The notes under the pieces were generated by a model that was given only the letters and a program-made list of their open reading frames with translations, made no database searches and had not been told where the DNA came from. Position numbers and translations under genes: made by a program. Positions 11,126-24,058 of a stretch of 64,000 nucleotides of DNA are shown here, in pieces; position 1 is the stretch's first letter; each line of letters opens with the position of its first letter. This DNA comes from Azolla caroliniana. Lineage: Eukaryota; Plantae; Polypodiophyta. The stretch spans positions 4,216,001 to 4,280,000 of the forward strand of contig JBHGNT010000011.1 of the NCBI GenBank assembly GCA_043228905.1, in the 5' to 3' direction.

Positions 11126-12440
11126 TTTTGTGCCACAGCTCACCGGCAGTGTCGGATGCCACGTTCACTTCCTCCGGACATTACCGGGCATTCATCAGGT
11201 ACAGTGTGTTTACCTTCCGGGCCCGAGCCACAATCAGGCTCCCTTTGCTGATCTTCATGACACCATTCTAGATGCTACCCGTGTAGCCTTCATCATCTAG
11301 CCGACTGGTTGATATCAGGTTCAGACGAACCTCCGGAACGTGTCGAACATCCTTTAGCAGCATCTTGCATCCGGTTGGTGTTGACAGCCATACGTCTCCT
11401 ATGCTGACAATTCAACATGTACCTTCATTCCCCATCCGGACACAACCGTGATCAACGACTGAGTAGGATGAGAAGCATTTCCGGTCCGGGGTAAGCTGGA
11501 ACGACGCTCCGGAGTCTACCACCCAGGTCATCTCATCGCCGGCAAGGTTTAGCTCACTTTCCTCGGTGATGAGCATCAACTCTTCTTCACTTGCCGCGAT
11601 TGACGTCGTTCCCTTCTGGTCCACCCCCCTCCGGTCTTTACCGTTCCGGTCTGGGGTCCGCTTCGAATCGGTACCATCGGTTTCCTTGTCTTTTCGGAAA
11701 TGCCGACAGTTCTTTCGGAAGTGTCCCGGCTTGCCGCAATAGAAGTAAGCAGGCCTCCCCCTTGACTTTGACCGTGTCCCCAACTTCTCCCGGTTCCGGG
11801 GACTACGGTTTCTCTGTCTTCCGCGTTCCGATTCGGTGAGGAGCGCTTTGGAGTCGGAGCTCGTATCCTTATCTTTCCGACGCGCCTCCTCATCTAGCAA
11901 GCTCGACTTCACTCTTGCTAGGGATAACCGTTTCCCTTCCGGCCCGGCGTTGCCCAAGGTGACAACCAATGTCTCCCAGCTATCTAGGAGGGAACTGAGC
12001 AAGAGTAGTGCTAGTACCTCATCGGCGAGAGTTACCTCCAATGATGTTGCTTGGTGGATCAACCCCTGGAAGGTATTCATGTGCTCCGCCATGATGGAGC
12101 CATCTTGGTACCGGAGTCTTACTAGCTTCCGGAATACCGAAACCTGATTAACAACATTTTTGTTTTGAAACATAATGCCGATCTTCTCCTAGAGCTCATG
12201 AGCCTTGCTCTCTTCATTGAAGTTGTTGTACAGGCTCATGTTGATGAAGCACCGTGTGTACGCCGTTGTCTTCATGTACATCACCTCCCATATCGCGACG
12301 TCGATCATGTCCGGTCTCTTGTCCCTGAATTGAACCGGAAACCAAAGATCTTTAACCACGAGCATGTCCCTCATCTTCGACTTCCACACCGAATAGTTCG
12401 AGCCGGTGAGCTTGAACATACCTCCCAACGAATCGTCCAT
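11126..12440 (-). pseudogene. gag: Copia gag-protease-preintegrase fragment
   Basis: LTGSNYSVWK, zinc knuckle (Y)FYCGKPGHFRKNC, WVVDSGAS; contains stops and frameshifts; close relative of the ORF at 54341-58414. Confidence 0.9.
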
Positions 12441-12469
12441 TTTCTGTGTCGTTTCGCTCTGATACCACT

Positions 12470-13141
12470 TGACGAGAACTAAACTTCCCCTATGCGCAAC
12501 GCTCGGCCACAACCGAGCTTAAAATCATACACAAAAAATAAACAGGAATGGATGCACGACACAATGAAGAGAAGAGTAAACAAGATGTTTACATGGAAAA
12601 CCCAAACTAGGGAAAAACCACGGCAGCCCACAGGCTGCAAACTATCACTATGTTACAATGTACAACAGTAAAGCACCAAGGCAATAACCTCGAGCTTTCT
12701 ATCTTCGCCATAGGCGACGGTTACAACAGAGGCAACGACCCCTTCCTCTCCCTCTCTCTCTCTGTACACAATTACGTGCTCTGATCTCTTGCGCCAACAA
12801 GAATGACAACAACAACTCTAAAAGTTTGCCCTAAGTCATATTTATACTAATATGACTTTTCTGCTATTTACAAATATAGCTACGATGGACTCTCAGAAAC
12901 ATATTTACGAATATGTCTCTTCATCCGGTGAGCACTCCTCACCGGGTCTGCACCATTCGGCTCTCTGTAGCCGGGTACTCCTCATCCGGTTCTCACCGGG
13001 TCTGCACCATCCGGCTCTCTGAAGCCGGGTACTCCTCATCCGGTTCTCACCGGGTCTGCACCATCCGGCTCTCCGAAGCCGAGTACTCCACATCAGCACT
13101 ATTCTTCTCCCTTCCCATCCGGAGGGACCTATCTCCCAACA
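12470..13141 (-). repeat. Copia 5' LTR with ~54-bp tandem repeats
   Basis: TGTTGGGAG...CGTCA termini; repeats at 12930-13090; same family as the solo LTR at 46906-47619. Confidence 0.9.
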
Positions 13142-14337
13142 CTTTGTGCACAGGTAACGAGTGAGGAACGATGAGAAATTGGCTATCGATTTGGCTCGTG
13201 TTTGTTATTCCTTGACCCGTTGAACGAGTTCATAGGCCCACTAGATCGGTTGAGGATCGTGTGCCCACTTGAGGAACTCACTGGTGATGCAGGCGATAGC
13301 GTCAGTGGAGGCCGTGTCACCGATCTGAGCGATGGCGCTACAACGATCGTGGAGGTGAGGGGGAATTTCGGTGAAACGCCATCCTTCGTGGCCAAGTAGT
13401 TGACAAACGAAGTGACATAAGGCATGGTGAGGGGGAAAAAGGGTGTGGGGTGGGCAAAGATTTATGTGCGGATGGTAGAGTTGGACGGGGATTCACCAAG
13501 GGTTTCATGTGAGGGTAGTAAAGTTAGGGGCTTTTAGGTCGGGTCGGGTTGGGGTGATGGGGGTGGGGGGTGTGTTGTTCGCGTGTTGTTAGAGGGCCAT
13601 TGTATGCCTTTAAGGACCCAGACTCGTGACATCTTTTCAGGGGAGAAAGGGGGGGCTTGTGAGGTTGTTCTATGGGGAATTCGGCCTCCTAGTTGCTAAG
13701 TCCGGTCGAGGTCTATGGCCTTAACCCGGGCGGGGTATTTGGTCTATGTGCGCAGTTGTTGGGAGTCTCGTGGAGTCGTGGTATGGTCGCAGGTGGGGAG
13801 TCAACTTCTTTTCGGAACCCAAATGTTGTCCACCGGAATAGTAACCGACGGACAAGAGCGTAGAAATATAGAATATAGTAATATTGTAACGCATGTAAAC
13901 GGTTCATGCGGGAAGCGTGAACGGCTAAAAGACCATGCGTATATAAAGGGCAGAAAACCTCTGATAGAGGTGCGTGTAATTTTGAATGTAAAAGGCGTAT
14001 CTTAACAGAGTTCTATTTTCTCTGATCCCTGTGCGTATCTGTGGTTAATCTACTGTGTGTCTGTGATTCTTGGTGGCGTAGCGTAGTTGTAAGAGCGTAG
14101 GCGTGAGTAATAGTGTGGTTGCTAGTCCACAGTCTAAGGAGTTCGGTTGTAGCCGACTCCCTTATACGCTACTAGGATATGGGAGGTATCCCACTAAGTA
14201 TTACGCTACGACGATACCATTCGTTGCAACACAGTCGCTTTGAGGTCTAGGTCGAAGGACTGACCGTAGACCGTGTTCCTAATCGGTAACACTTTTGGCA
14301 TGCTTGGTGATCTGTTGTGTCTTCTCACAGACGAACA

Positions 14338-17300
14338 ATGAGGAATGGATGTTTAGCCGCAGACGCGCCAGAGAACCAACATGACAAGACCGACCAATCA
14401 CAAGGTCCATCACACGCCAAGCAGAGGAACGCGCATGGAAAAAGCCTCGCCTCAGTGACCTCAGTGATACCTATCAGGACCACAAAGACGATTTCTCACT
14501 CCCCAAATACCTCGGCGAGACGCAGGAAGTGCGGTCACCACAAAAGCACTGTGGTCTTTCCCTGCCGCCGTAGCATCTAGCATGGCCTTTTGTTATCCCC
14601 GCTTCAACGGCGAAACCGATGCCGCAACCCACATTCGACTATTCCTAAATGCCTGGAATGCAAACCACATGGCGCAGAGCCTTTCCGAAGCAGTAGCGCA
14701 CTAGTCCAAAAAGACGGAGTTCGGATTACCCTTGGATGGATCTGCCAACAATCACGACCTTCGACCAGTTGCAGTTAGCCTTTTTGTGTTTTTATCATCG
14801 GAGGGTGCCGCAATGCGAAATCCTCGGGCAGTTCTACACAATTAAACAGTTGCCGACTGAGATGGTAGCGGATTTCAGTTTAGGCTTCCAAAATCTACTG
14901 CGGTAATTAGAATGGGGCCTGACGGAGGACGAGGCTAGGGAGACATTTCTGGTAGCATTATGACGACCCATATGGACAACGCTTAACAACAATAGTGTGA
15001 AAGGGGAAACAACCGATATGGTCATAGAACGAGCGCTACAGCTTGAGCTGGATGAAGAAGAGGAAAGGTTTTCCATGTCCTCATTACGACAAGCGTTACC
15101 GTAGGACGAGGAATGACATTTTCGCCAGACGATCTAGTGCACGATTTGTTTAAATTCGGGGCATTCCGTTGTTGAATGCAACATGCAAATCCACTGTTCA
15201 ATCTGTCACTCGAAAGCTCACACAGTTGAGCAGTGCGAGTACAATATGTTGAACAGATCCACGCCCACAGTATGTAGCGTGGAAACACAGCGCCCCCCAC
15301 GCCGTAATGAGCAAAGGCGGCAAGAAGAACGACCCCGATATATGGATCGGAACCCACGGGATGACCGGCACTACTGGAATCGCTGGAATCACAACGATTC
15401 TGAGGAAGACGAGCCAGAGGATGAAGACTACCGTGGCAACCACAGAAATACTAAAGGGGGTCAACGCTATGAGAATTACCGTCCGACGAACAAATGTGGC
15501 GGCTTCAATGGGCCTCGCGGAAAACATCGTCAGTATCGGGAGCAACGGCGGTATGACAAAAGTTCGGACGATGACCGGCACTAGGAACCACGCCGGGACC
15601 AACAACAACCATTGCGTACGCTCCGGCGAATGAATCAGGACCGAGAGGAGCAAGTCACACCTAGGGATCGACACACACCACCAGTTGCCAAGAAGGGCGA
15701 ATCTAGCATCCATTGTTTTGTTTATCAACAACCCGGACATTATGCCACACAATGCCCAGTATGCAAGGGCAAGGGGCCCGCCGTCAATACGATTACGGAG
15801 GAAGTACAACAAGTCACGACACGTCAGCAAACAAAAAATGTTGATTGGGCCGTGCAAGATGAGATACGTCATACAGCCCAAGCATGGGTTGAAAAAGCAA
15901 ACGCGACAAATACGGAACGCATGCGGAAGGAGTCCGCAAAAACGGTGGAACTATTGGAGGAAGAGGGAACATCTCCGGATCCCATATGGCAAGCACTGAC
16001 AGGCTGCGAGATAACGTTGTCGTGCCTTTCGGCTCTGGATCGTTGCGTGAGTCGGGTGGGAACCGCCGAGGTTTTGGACTAGGAGGAAGAGGAATACAAC
16101 TTAAGGCTAGTTATGAATGATGGAAAGAGAAGTAAGATAGCAACCTCGTGAATCCCACGAGTTTAGTGTAATTAAAACAATATTTAGATTATTAGAGCAA
16201 TTAGATGGCAAAATTCGTGAATCCCACGAATGTATTAGATTGATCAATTCTTCTATATTAATCAACACCCTTATACATATTTCTCTCCTCCTTATATAAA
16301 GATGGAAGAGGCTAAGCATGGCTTCATGCTTTTTCACCTAAAGTGTCCATGCACACTAAATGTGCATGTGATGCTTTGTCATTTCCTAAATATAGGGCTC
16401 ATGCACGCTAGATGTGCATGAGTCACTTTTAATGTCACGTGTAAATAAAATATTCACACTCTAAAGAATACATGATTTTTACCTTTTAATAAAGGTATGT
16501 GTAAATAAAGGTCTTATACGTATTAAATCTATATTTATAATACTAAAGATAAGTTATTACAATGGTAAAGTTGGGGTTTATCTACATGGAGGTGCATGGT
16601 TCGAATCCTGCCCTATGCACGTGATAAATTCTTTTGATATATTATTTATTTACTTATATGTATCTAAAATCGGATATATTATTTTATGGTTTTCACGTAG
16701 TGTGTGGAATACACTACGACAACGTTAACTATGGAGAAGCTATTGCAACTAGTCTCACGATTCCGCCAGGCCGTGGAAGAGCGGATAACGGGCAAACCTG
16801 GGGTAAGCACTGCCGCGAATTTTGCAGACATCAGCGCTGGACCAACACTGGTGGATCACCACAATCCGGCTATTAAGTTGATACTACACGGTCAGGAAAT
16901 CCCAGGATGCGTAATCAACGGCGGCTCAGGCGTTAATGTAATTAGCGCGAAGACATGCGAACAATTGGGAATTTCAGAATGGGAAGCGTGCCCGTTTTGG
17001 CTTCGCATGGCGGATACCCGCTCAGTATGACCATTGGGTTTGATACGCAAGGTAGGCATTATTGTGGGAGGACATCGTTTCGACATCTCGGCGGTAGTCC
17101 TCGCCCTTGACACCCCAGGAGCGTATCTTATGTTGCTTGGCAGACCGTGGCTTTGTTTAGCGAATATCAAGCAGAGCTGGCAACACAAGTGTATCAGCTT
17201 TCGATGCGGACGCACCAAGGTCGGCGTACCAACAGAGGAAATGGCGGCACAACCGAAGGGCATAACACCATTATACACGGAGGATATAAATATGCTGGCT

Positions 17301-20300
17301 GGGGTGGAGGATACAGAATTAGAGGTATACCTAGATGAGCAGCCCCGGATCATTCCGCTATTCGAAATCGACGTCATCGAAATCACGGCGGAGTATGCCA
17401 CGCCCGCTACACTCCACGACGAGGCTTACGAACCAAACCCGTAGTCAATATTAGAACTAAGTAGAGCACGAGAAGCGTTCGAGAGGGAAATGGAAATTTC
17501 ACGACGAGTCATTGCCTCAGCCTTGGAAGAAGTAAATGTGGGTACGACTGCCGGATCAGAGAGACGCGATGATAACACTACTCAGGAAGTATAAAGATGT
17601 GTTCGCTAGGGCCCATGAGGACATGAAGGGGTTAGATCTAAAGTTCTATCAACATAAGATCAATTTAGCGACCGACGCGAAACCGGTCCAGCAACGTCGA
17701 TACCGTATGAACCCAAACTACGCGGGCCGCGTAAAAGAAGAAATTGACAAACTCCTCAAGGCCAGTTAAACAAGCTACATGGTTCAGCCCGATAGTAGTC
17801 GTACCAAAGAAAAATGGCAAAATACGTGTATGCGTGGACTATTGGAAATTTAACACCGTAACCATTACTGATGCATTCCCTTTACCGTTCACCGATAGTG
17901 TACTTGACGTTGTCGCAGGGCATGACATGTATAGCTTTTTAGATGGCTTCAGTGGGTACAACCAAGTACGCATGCACCTCGACGACCAAGAGAAGACAAC
18001 GTTTGTCACGGACTGGGGAGTCTATGTCGCAGTCGTCATGATGTCCAGGCTAAAGACGGCGCCGACTACATTTCAACGGAAAATCACAGAGATTTTTGGG
18101 GAATATATTCTAGCCTTCATGCAAGTTTTTTTAGACGATTTTGCGGCATATGGGAGAAAAATTGACCATTTTACACATCTACAGCTTTGCCTAGAGTGTT
18201 GTTGAACCACACGCTTAAGTCTGAATCCCGCCAAATGCGCCTTCGGCATTACTAGCGGGGCTCTCCTCGGCCACATAGTCAGTAAGGAAGGGATAACGGT
18301 CGATTCGAATAAAATCTCCGCGATTACTCACGCGAAAATACCGACAAACGCGAAAGCACTCAACCGGTTTTTGGGACAAATATGATGGCACAGTTGGATG
18401 ACACGCTATTTGGCAGACTTCGCCACGCCGTTACATGCCGTCGTTCATCGGACTCCTTTCCAATGGACAGCTACAGAAGAGAAGGCATATGATGCGCTAA
18501 AGGTAATGCTAATGTAGGCACCCGTCGTACAACCACCATTTTGGGCGAAGCCATTCCACATGTTTGTAGATGCCTCAGACATAGCAATAGGTAGTGCGCT
18601 AATGCAGCTCACGAAGCCGAATTGGTACCAGCCAGTGTACTACACTAGTTGGAAATTGTCAACGACGGAGCAAAACTATTCCACAACGGAACGTGAGGCG
18701 TTGGGAATGATATGCAATATCAATAAGTTCCGGCATTATCTGTTAGGGCGGAAATTCACGTTTCACGTGGATCATTCGGCACTGCTATATTTGGTAGGAA
18801 AACAAGCGCTGACGGGGAAATTGGCTAGATGGATGCTACTGCTTCAAGAATTCGAGTTTGTAATTCAGCACCACCCGGGTACGCAACACGTAGTGGCAGA
18901 TTTCTTGAGCAGACTAGATAATGGAGAAACGACGTAGAAGGATGACGACGACTTTCCGGATGCAGACATCTTGCGGGTAGCAACTCTAGCAGAACGAACG
19001 GAAAAGACTTTTCCGGATCGGTGGCTGATGGAAATGACCTACTTCCTGACCACGGGGTTACCGCCACCCCAATTATGGACGACAAAGTCGACATTTCTGT
19101 TTAGTAGAGGACATACTATACCACAAAGGCAGTGACGACATTTGGAGGCGAGGAATACGACAGGATGAGAAGGCCGCGGTTCTACGCGAAAACCACTGTG
19201 GTACGGCGGGAGGACATTACATGGGCGATGTTACGGCCCGGAAAATCTGGCAAGCAGGACTTTGGTGGCCGACGACGCAAAAAAATGCATATGAATATTG
19301 CAGACAATGCGATTTATGTCAACGATTGGGCCAGCCTACGGAAGTCGCGAGGATGCCACACCAACTAGTGTTGCCACTGGATCCTTTCCAAAAGTGGGGG
19401 CTAGATTTTGTGGGACCTTTTACCCAGACGGCTGCTTGAACAAGCAATAAGTACATCTTCGTGGCCACAGATTACTGTACCAAGTGGGTAGAAGCGAAAC
19501 CACTACGCGAGAATACTGCGACAGTCACGACGAAATTCCTTTACGAACACATCTGGTGTCATTTCGGCTGCCCTATCGAGCTCATTTATCGAGCTCATTA
19601 GTGACCAAGGGAGTCACTTCATCAATACGGTCATCAGCAAACTGATCCAACATTACGCCGTGGTTCACAAAAAAAGTACGTTGTATTACCCTCAGGCAAA
19701 TGGGTTGGCGGAATCCACGAACAAAACCCTACATACTATCCTAAAAAAGATAGTCAATGAGAATAGGATGGATTGGGATACCAAATTGCACAACGCGCTC
19801 TGGCATACCGTACCAGCTATAAGTCTAGCATACAATCAACACCTTTCCGGCTAGCATTTGCTCTGGAGGCCGTGATGCCAATTGAATTCTAGGTACCCAG
19901 TTTGCGGATTCAAGTACGAGCTCGGCTACCGGAGGGCAAATCCGAACAAGTACACAACTACAACAACTGCTAGAACTAGGAGAAACAAGGTTACACAGTA
20001 TGGCCATATTAGAGCAGGAACAACGGCGACGCAAAGCATTTGTGGACCAACACCGGCATACGTGTGAAAAAGACTTTACGGTTGGGAAAGTAGTATTAGT
20101 TTTCCAAACACGCATGGGGCATATGCTAGAAAAATTAAGATTCCGCTGGACAGGCCCATACTGGATAGTGGGAGCAAAACAGGGAACGTTTCAACTTGGC
20201 ACATTGGCCGGGGAAGTGTTACGTCAAAAAGTGAATGGGTTTCGCCTGAAACCTTATCTTGGACCTACGCCACCTAACCCGTTCCCCGCCGGACAGGACA

Positions 20301-20323
20301 AAGCCGGAGAATCCGCGGAGTAA
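14338..20323 (+). pseudogene. pol: gag-pol of element C
   Basis: Zinc knuckles CSICHSKAHTVEQC and CFVYQQPGHYATQC; protease CVINGGSGVN; RT SFLDGFSGYNQ and VFLDDF; RNase H VDASDIA..TEREA..VDH; integrase CRQCDLC and WGLDFVGP; GPY module; many stops and frameshifts. Confidence 0.9.
16018..16721 (-). repeat. Solo LTR of the tRNA-Trp family inserted in the gag of element C
   Basis: Inverted homolog of 1209-1995; 4-bp TSD ACGT (16014-16017 / 16722-16725); removing it restores GCEITLTMEKLL. Confidence 0.9.
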
Positions 20324-20640
20324 GTAGACGGCCCCACTTGTATTCTAGTGTAAAAATAGTATTGTATGTAACCATTACGAAAAAAAAGAAGAAAAAAAAG
20401 AAAAAAAGAAGACAAGATAGCGATGCTATTAAAAGGACTTAAGGCATGCACAGACTTCTAGGCCAAGAACATGCGGCACCACGATGGCTCACCGACCAAT
20501 GAAGGTTTTTTGCACAATACATAAACCCACCTTCTAACTCTAATCGCTCCCCTTCCTCACCCTCTTCGCCATCCTATCACAGAGCCCAAGTTCGCCATAG
20601 CCAACAATCATCAGCCATTAGCCACGAGCCTATTCCGACT

Positions 20641-23325
20641 ATGCCGATACCCATCTCTGCCGCCTTGCGTCGATGGCTCGTGGAGAAACGCTTGGATGGG
20701 TACATCAAAGTCGCTGAGGCACCTCCACACCCTGACGCACTAGACATCGCTAGGAAGCTCAACATCAACATGGTCACCAACTCATCCATCTGGAAAAAGC
20801 TGGACCTATCATCATTGGGTGAAAGGCACTTCGAAATCCCTCCTGCGGAATCTTTGTAGAGATATTTCGGTCCATATTCGTCATCTGCCAAGGCATATAG
20901 AACGAAGGAGATCCCAGATCCCTTTTTCTGCAAAATCACCAAGTTCCTGTTGGAGGTCGGATGCGTACATGTAAATGCATATTGGATGCCCAAGCAGAAG
21001 GCAGGTATCATCATTGATACCTTTGAAGGGCGTACAGTCGATTGGGGGGTCATTACGGGGCCATCATTACGGGAAGGCCTGCACGCGTACCAAGGAGGCA
21101 AAAAAGCTGAGGCCTATCATATAACAGTATCTGACGATACTATTCCCACCCCAAGGTTTGCTGCCACGATCCGCGAAGCGAAGGTTAGCGGAGTTAACCA
21201 CCACAGAGTGGGAGGATGAACCCCAACTCACCTAGCCGAACATGCGAACAACACAGGAAGAGCAGGCTGAGCGCACCGAGGAAACGGCACAGGAGCCGGA
21301 AGCCGAACCACGATAGGAAAGCCCGAGGCCGAAACGGCAGAGACTGGACAAGAAAGATGGGCGCGGGTTAAGTTAAAGACACACTCGCGGCCACAGAGAC
21401 GATGACCGTGGTCGATAGCTCCATAGCTACGAAGCCCAACACCACCTTCGAAATAATCCAGGAACCTAGTCACAGCGGGGGAAAGGCGTATTTACGGCAG
21501 AAAGCGAGGTCCTAGCATATCCGGACATTTCGGACACGGCCCATGAGTTCGGCGCACTATTGCAGTTCGGAACCACTTTTGAACTCATGGAATTTTTGGC
21601 AACACAACAAATAAACGTCTCACAACGAATGGCCGAGGAGCACGCGGAGTGCCAGATGATAGAGCGTGCGCTAACACAAACGGTGGAAAGCGACGATGAG
21701 GATCAGTTAGCTAGAGTCGGCAGACAGAGGAACGCCGGGATACGCCGAATGGGGATGGAACTACCTCCATTAAACGCGGCCCTTGTCGAAGTTCATCGGG
21801 AACTGGCGAAGGTTAGTATGGGCACCAAGGATATGGCGATTAAAAAGAAAAATGTCTAGAAGACTGTCAAACTGACCCAAGCCGAGCTACAAAAGGCCAA
21901 CGCACGCATCGCGGAGTTAGAGCGTAACGCGACTACGGCGCAACAGGCAGCTCAACCAACGGCCAACGCCACCGAGGCCCTGAGAGAAGAAATTGAAGCC
22001 TAGACCGCCATTGCCTTGAAAGCAAAACGGGCCGTGTAACTGGCGGAATCAGAGATTGATTGTCTTCGCTCCGAACTTCGCGAGTCCTCGGACAGAGAGA
22101 ACGATATCTAGGTCAATGGCCGAAAGGCAGTAAAAACACTTGAAGAGAAACTCGCAGCGGAGGCAGCACAACACACCCGCACGAAAGAAGAAAACCCCTA
22201 ACTACGGGAGGAAGAGAAAAAATCGGAAGCGGCGATTACAGGACTTTGGGCGTTATTAGACAAAAATAAAGTATGGTTCGACGAGCAGCTGGTTGGAGAA
22301 TAGGAGAGGAGGCATCAGCTAGAAATGCACCTGAACAATGAAATGGGAAAGCTAGATGAACTACATTCGAAGGAATCTCAACTCTGGGCAGGAATGAGGA
22401 GCAATTATGAGAAAGCGGTGGCGGTTAGTAAACAAGAAATTGAAAACCTCAAGAAATCCGTAGAAGAAGCACGCAACCGTTGCCAAGCAATAACGGACAA
22501 CGTGCGCATACTTTTGCAAACTAATCGGGAGAGGTTTATGTCACAATTAAAATCGGCGCTAGACAAAGGATTGATGGCGTGGGCTGCACAAGCAGCGGAA
22601 TTGCATACGTACTGGGCGGACTAGGAGAACCGAAGGAAAGATGGCGGAGGGTTCTACAAACTCAATGAGGAAAGCATTGTGGCAGTACGTGAGGACCTAG
22701 CGCATGACTATTGCACGCTAGCGGACCAACATTCCGAGGAACTCGCGCAGTTACTAGATGATTTTGGTGTAAGTCAGGAGGTCCTGTTTCACCAGATCAT
22801 GCAAGCCGGCAGCAGGTGAACAAACGAGGAATCCATCGCGATACCAATTCCGGATACTACCGAACAAGAGGAACCCATGTCACTGGAAATTACCACTATG
22901 GTGGACAACACGGAACGACGAGCGGAGCCCCCCGCAATTACCCAGAAAGCGAAACCGCCGACCAAGAGGAACCCCAACCACCAGAGCGTACGACTACGAT
23001 CGACATCACGGAGGATGTTCCGGACCAAGAGGAACCCCAACCCCACTCACTGGAGCGTACAACTACAGCCGACATCACGGAGGAAGTTACGGACGAAACA
23101 GAACCGCGACCTACCGCAAGCCCGCTGACGGCTGAACCAACCACAATATCACAAGAAGAGCCAGGAGAACCCAAACTGCCCACATAGGAAGCCAGCAACA
23201 CCATAGGAAGCCCTCCTGAGCAAGCAGGGGAACCACAAAACGACGTGCCTACGGGCCCTACGCCGTCCCCGGACCCGGACACCGGAGCAGAACCAAACAT
23301 CATGGCCATTTTGGAGGAAGATTAA
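20641..23325 (+). pseudogene. 3' extra ORF of element C (globular N-terminus, coiled coil, acidic tail)
   Basis: Fragments homologous to 49998-52691, to 25300-27734 (minus) and to ~59280-61900 (minus). Confidence 0.75.
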
Positions 23326-23329
23326 AGGG

Positions 23330-23370
23330 GTGGGTTCGACGTGCCATGGCACTGTCCCACAAGCGTGCCG
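23330..23370 (+). other. tRNA-3'-half-like module at the PPT position (element C)
   Basis: GTGGGTTCGA-cgtgccatggcact-GTCCCAC-AAGCGTG-CCG, 2 nt before the 3' LTR. Confidence 0.75.
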
Positions 23371-24058
23371 GATGTTGTCTGCCGGAATAGTAACCGATGG
23401 ACAAGAGTGCAAAAATATAGAATATAGTAATATTGTAAGTCATGTAAACGGTTCACGCGGGAAGCGTGAACGGCTAAAAGACCCTCCGTATATAAAGGGC
23501 AGAAAACCTCTGATAGAGGTAGCGTGCAATTTTGAATGTAAAAGGCGTATCTTAATAGAGTTCTATTTTCTCTGATCCCTTGGCGTATCTATGGTTAATC
23601 TACTGTGTCTGTGATTCTTGGTGGCGTAGCGTAGTCGTAAGAGCGTAGGCGTGCGTAACAGTGTGGTTGCTAGTCCACGGTCTAAGGAGTTCGGTTGTAG
23701 CCGACTCCCTTATACGCTACTAGGATACGGGAGGTATCCCACTAAGTATTACGCTATGACGATACCATTCGTTGCAACACAGTCGCTTTGAGGTCTAGGT
23801 CGAAGGACTAACCGTAGACCGTGTTCCTAATCGGTAATATCATAAACGAGTGGCACCTTTGTGCCAACCTTGGGCGTTTCTGAGTTCTTTTCTGACTCGC
23901 CTAACAACACATTCTCCATGGCTTGGTCCTTCGGCGAAGATCGTGTGAACATTCACCCACTTGCATGGCGTGGATGTCCTTGTTCCGATGTTAGCGTTAC
24001 TTTGACCTTGGGTGGCCAGTGGTTGCACGAGTTCTTGTTGGTTGGGTGTTTTCATGCT

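Larger units (their letters stand above)
11105..13141 (-). mobile_element. Internally deleted Ty1/Copia element
   Basis: TSD CTTTG (11100-11104 / 13142-13146); 5' LTR 12470-13141; PBS-iMet 12456-12467; gag-protease to GELWHKR, then only the last 21 nt of the 3' LTR (11105-11125). Confidence 0.9.
8315..13823 (+). mobile_element. 3' remnant of Gypsy-like element B: degraded antisense Pro-rich/coiled-coil ORFs, PPT and start of the 3' LTR
   Basis: PPT GGGGAGAAAGGGGGGG (13640-13655) followed by TGTGAGG at 13658; minus-strand ORF fragments 8402-9328, 10017-10250 and 13183-13425; interrupted by Copia 11105-13141. Left boundary approximate. Confidence 0.55.
13824..23839 (+). mobile_element. Full-length but degraded non-chromovirus Gypsy element C (gag-PR-RT-RH-INT plus a 3' extra ORF)
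   Basis: Highly similar LTRs at 13824-14291 and 23373-23839; degenerate Arg-type PBS TGGCATGCTTGGTG (14296-14309); flanks do not match as a TSD. Confidence 0.9.

Noticed and set aside
16553-16620. Functional tRNA gene
   Set aside because: A B box and a degenerate A box are present, but I cannot fold a proper cloverleaf, and the sequence is embedded in an LTR.
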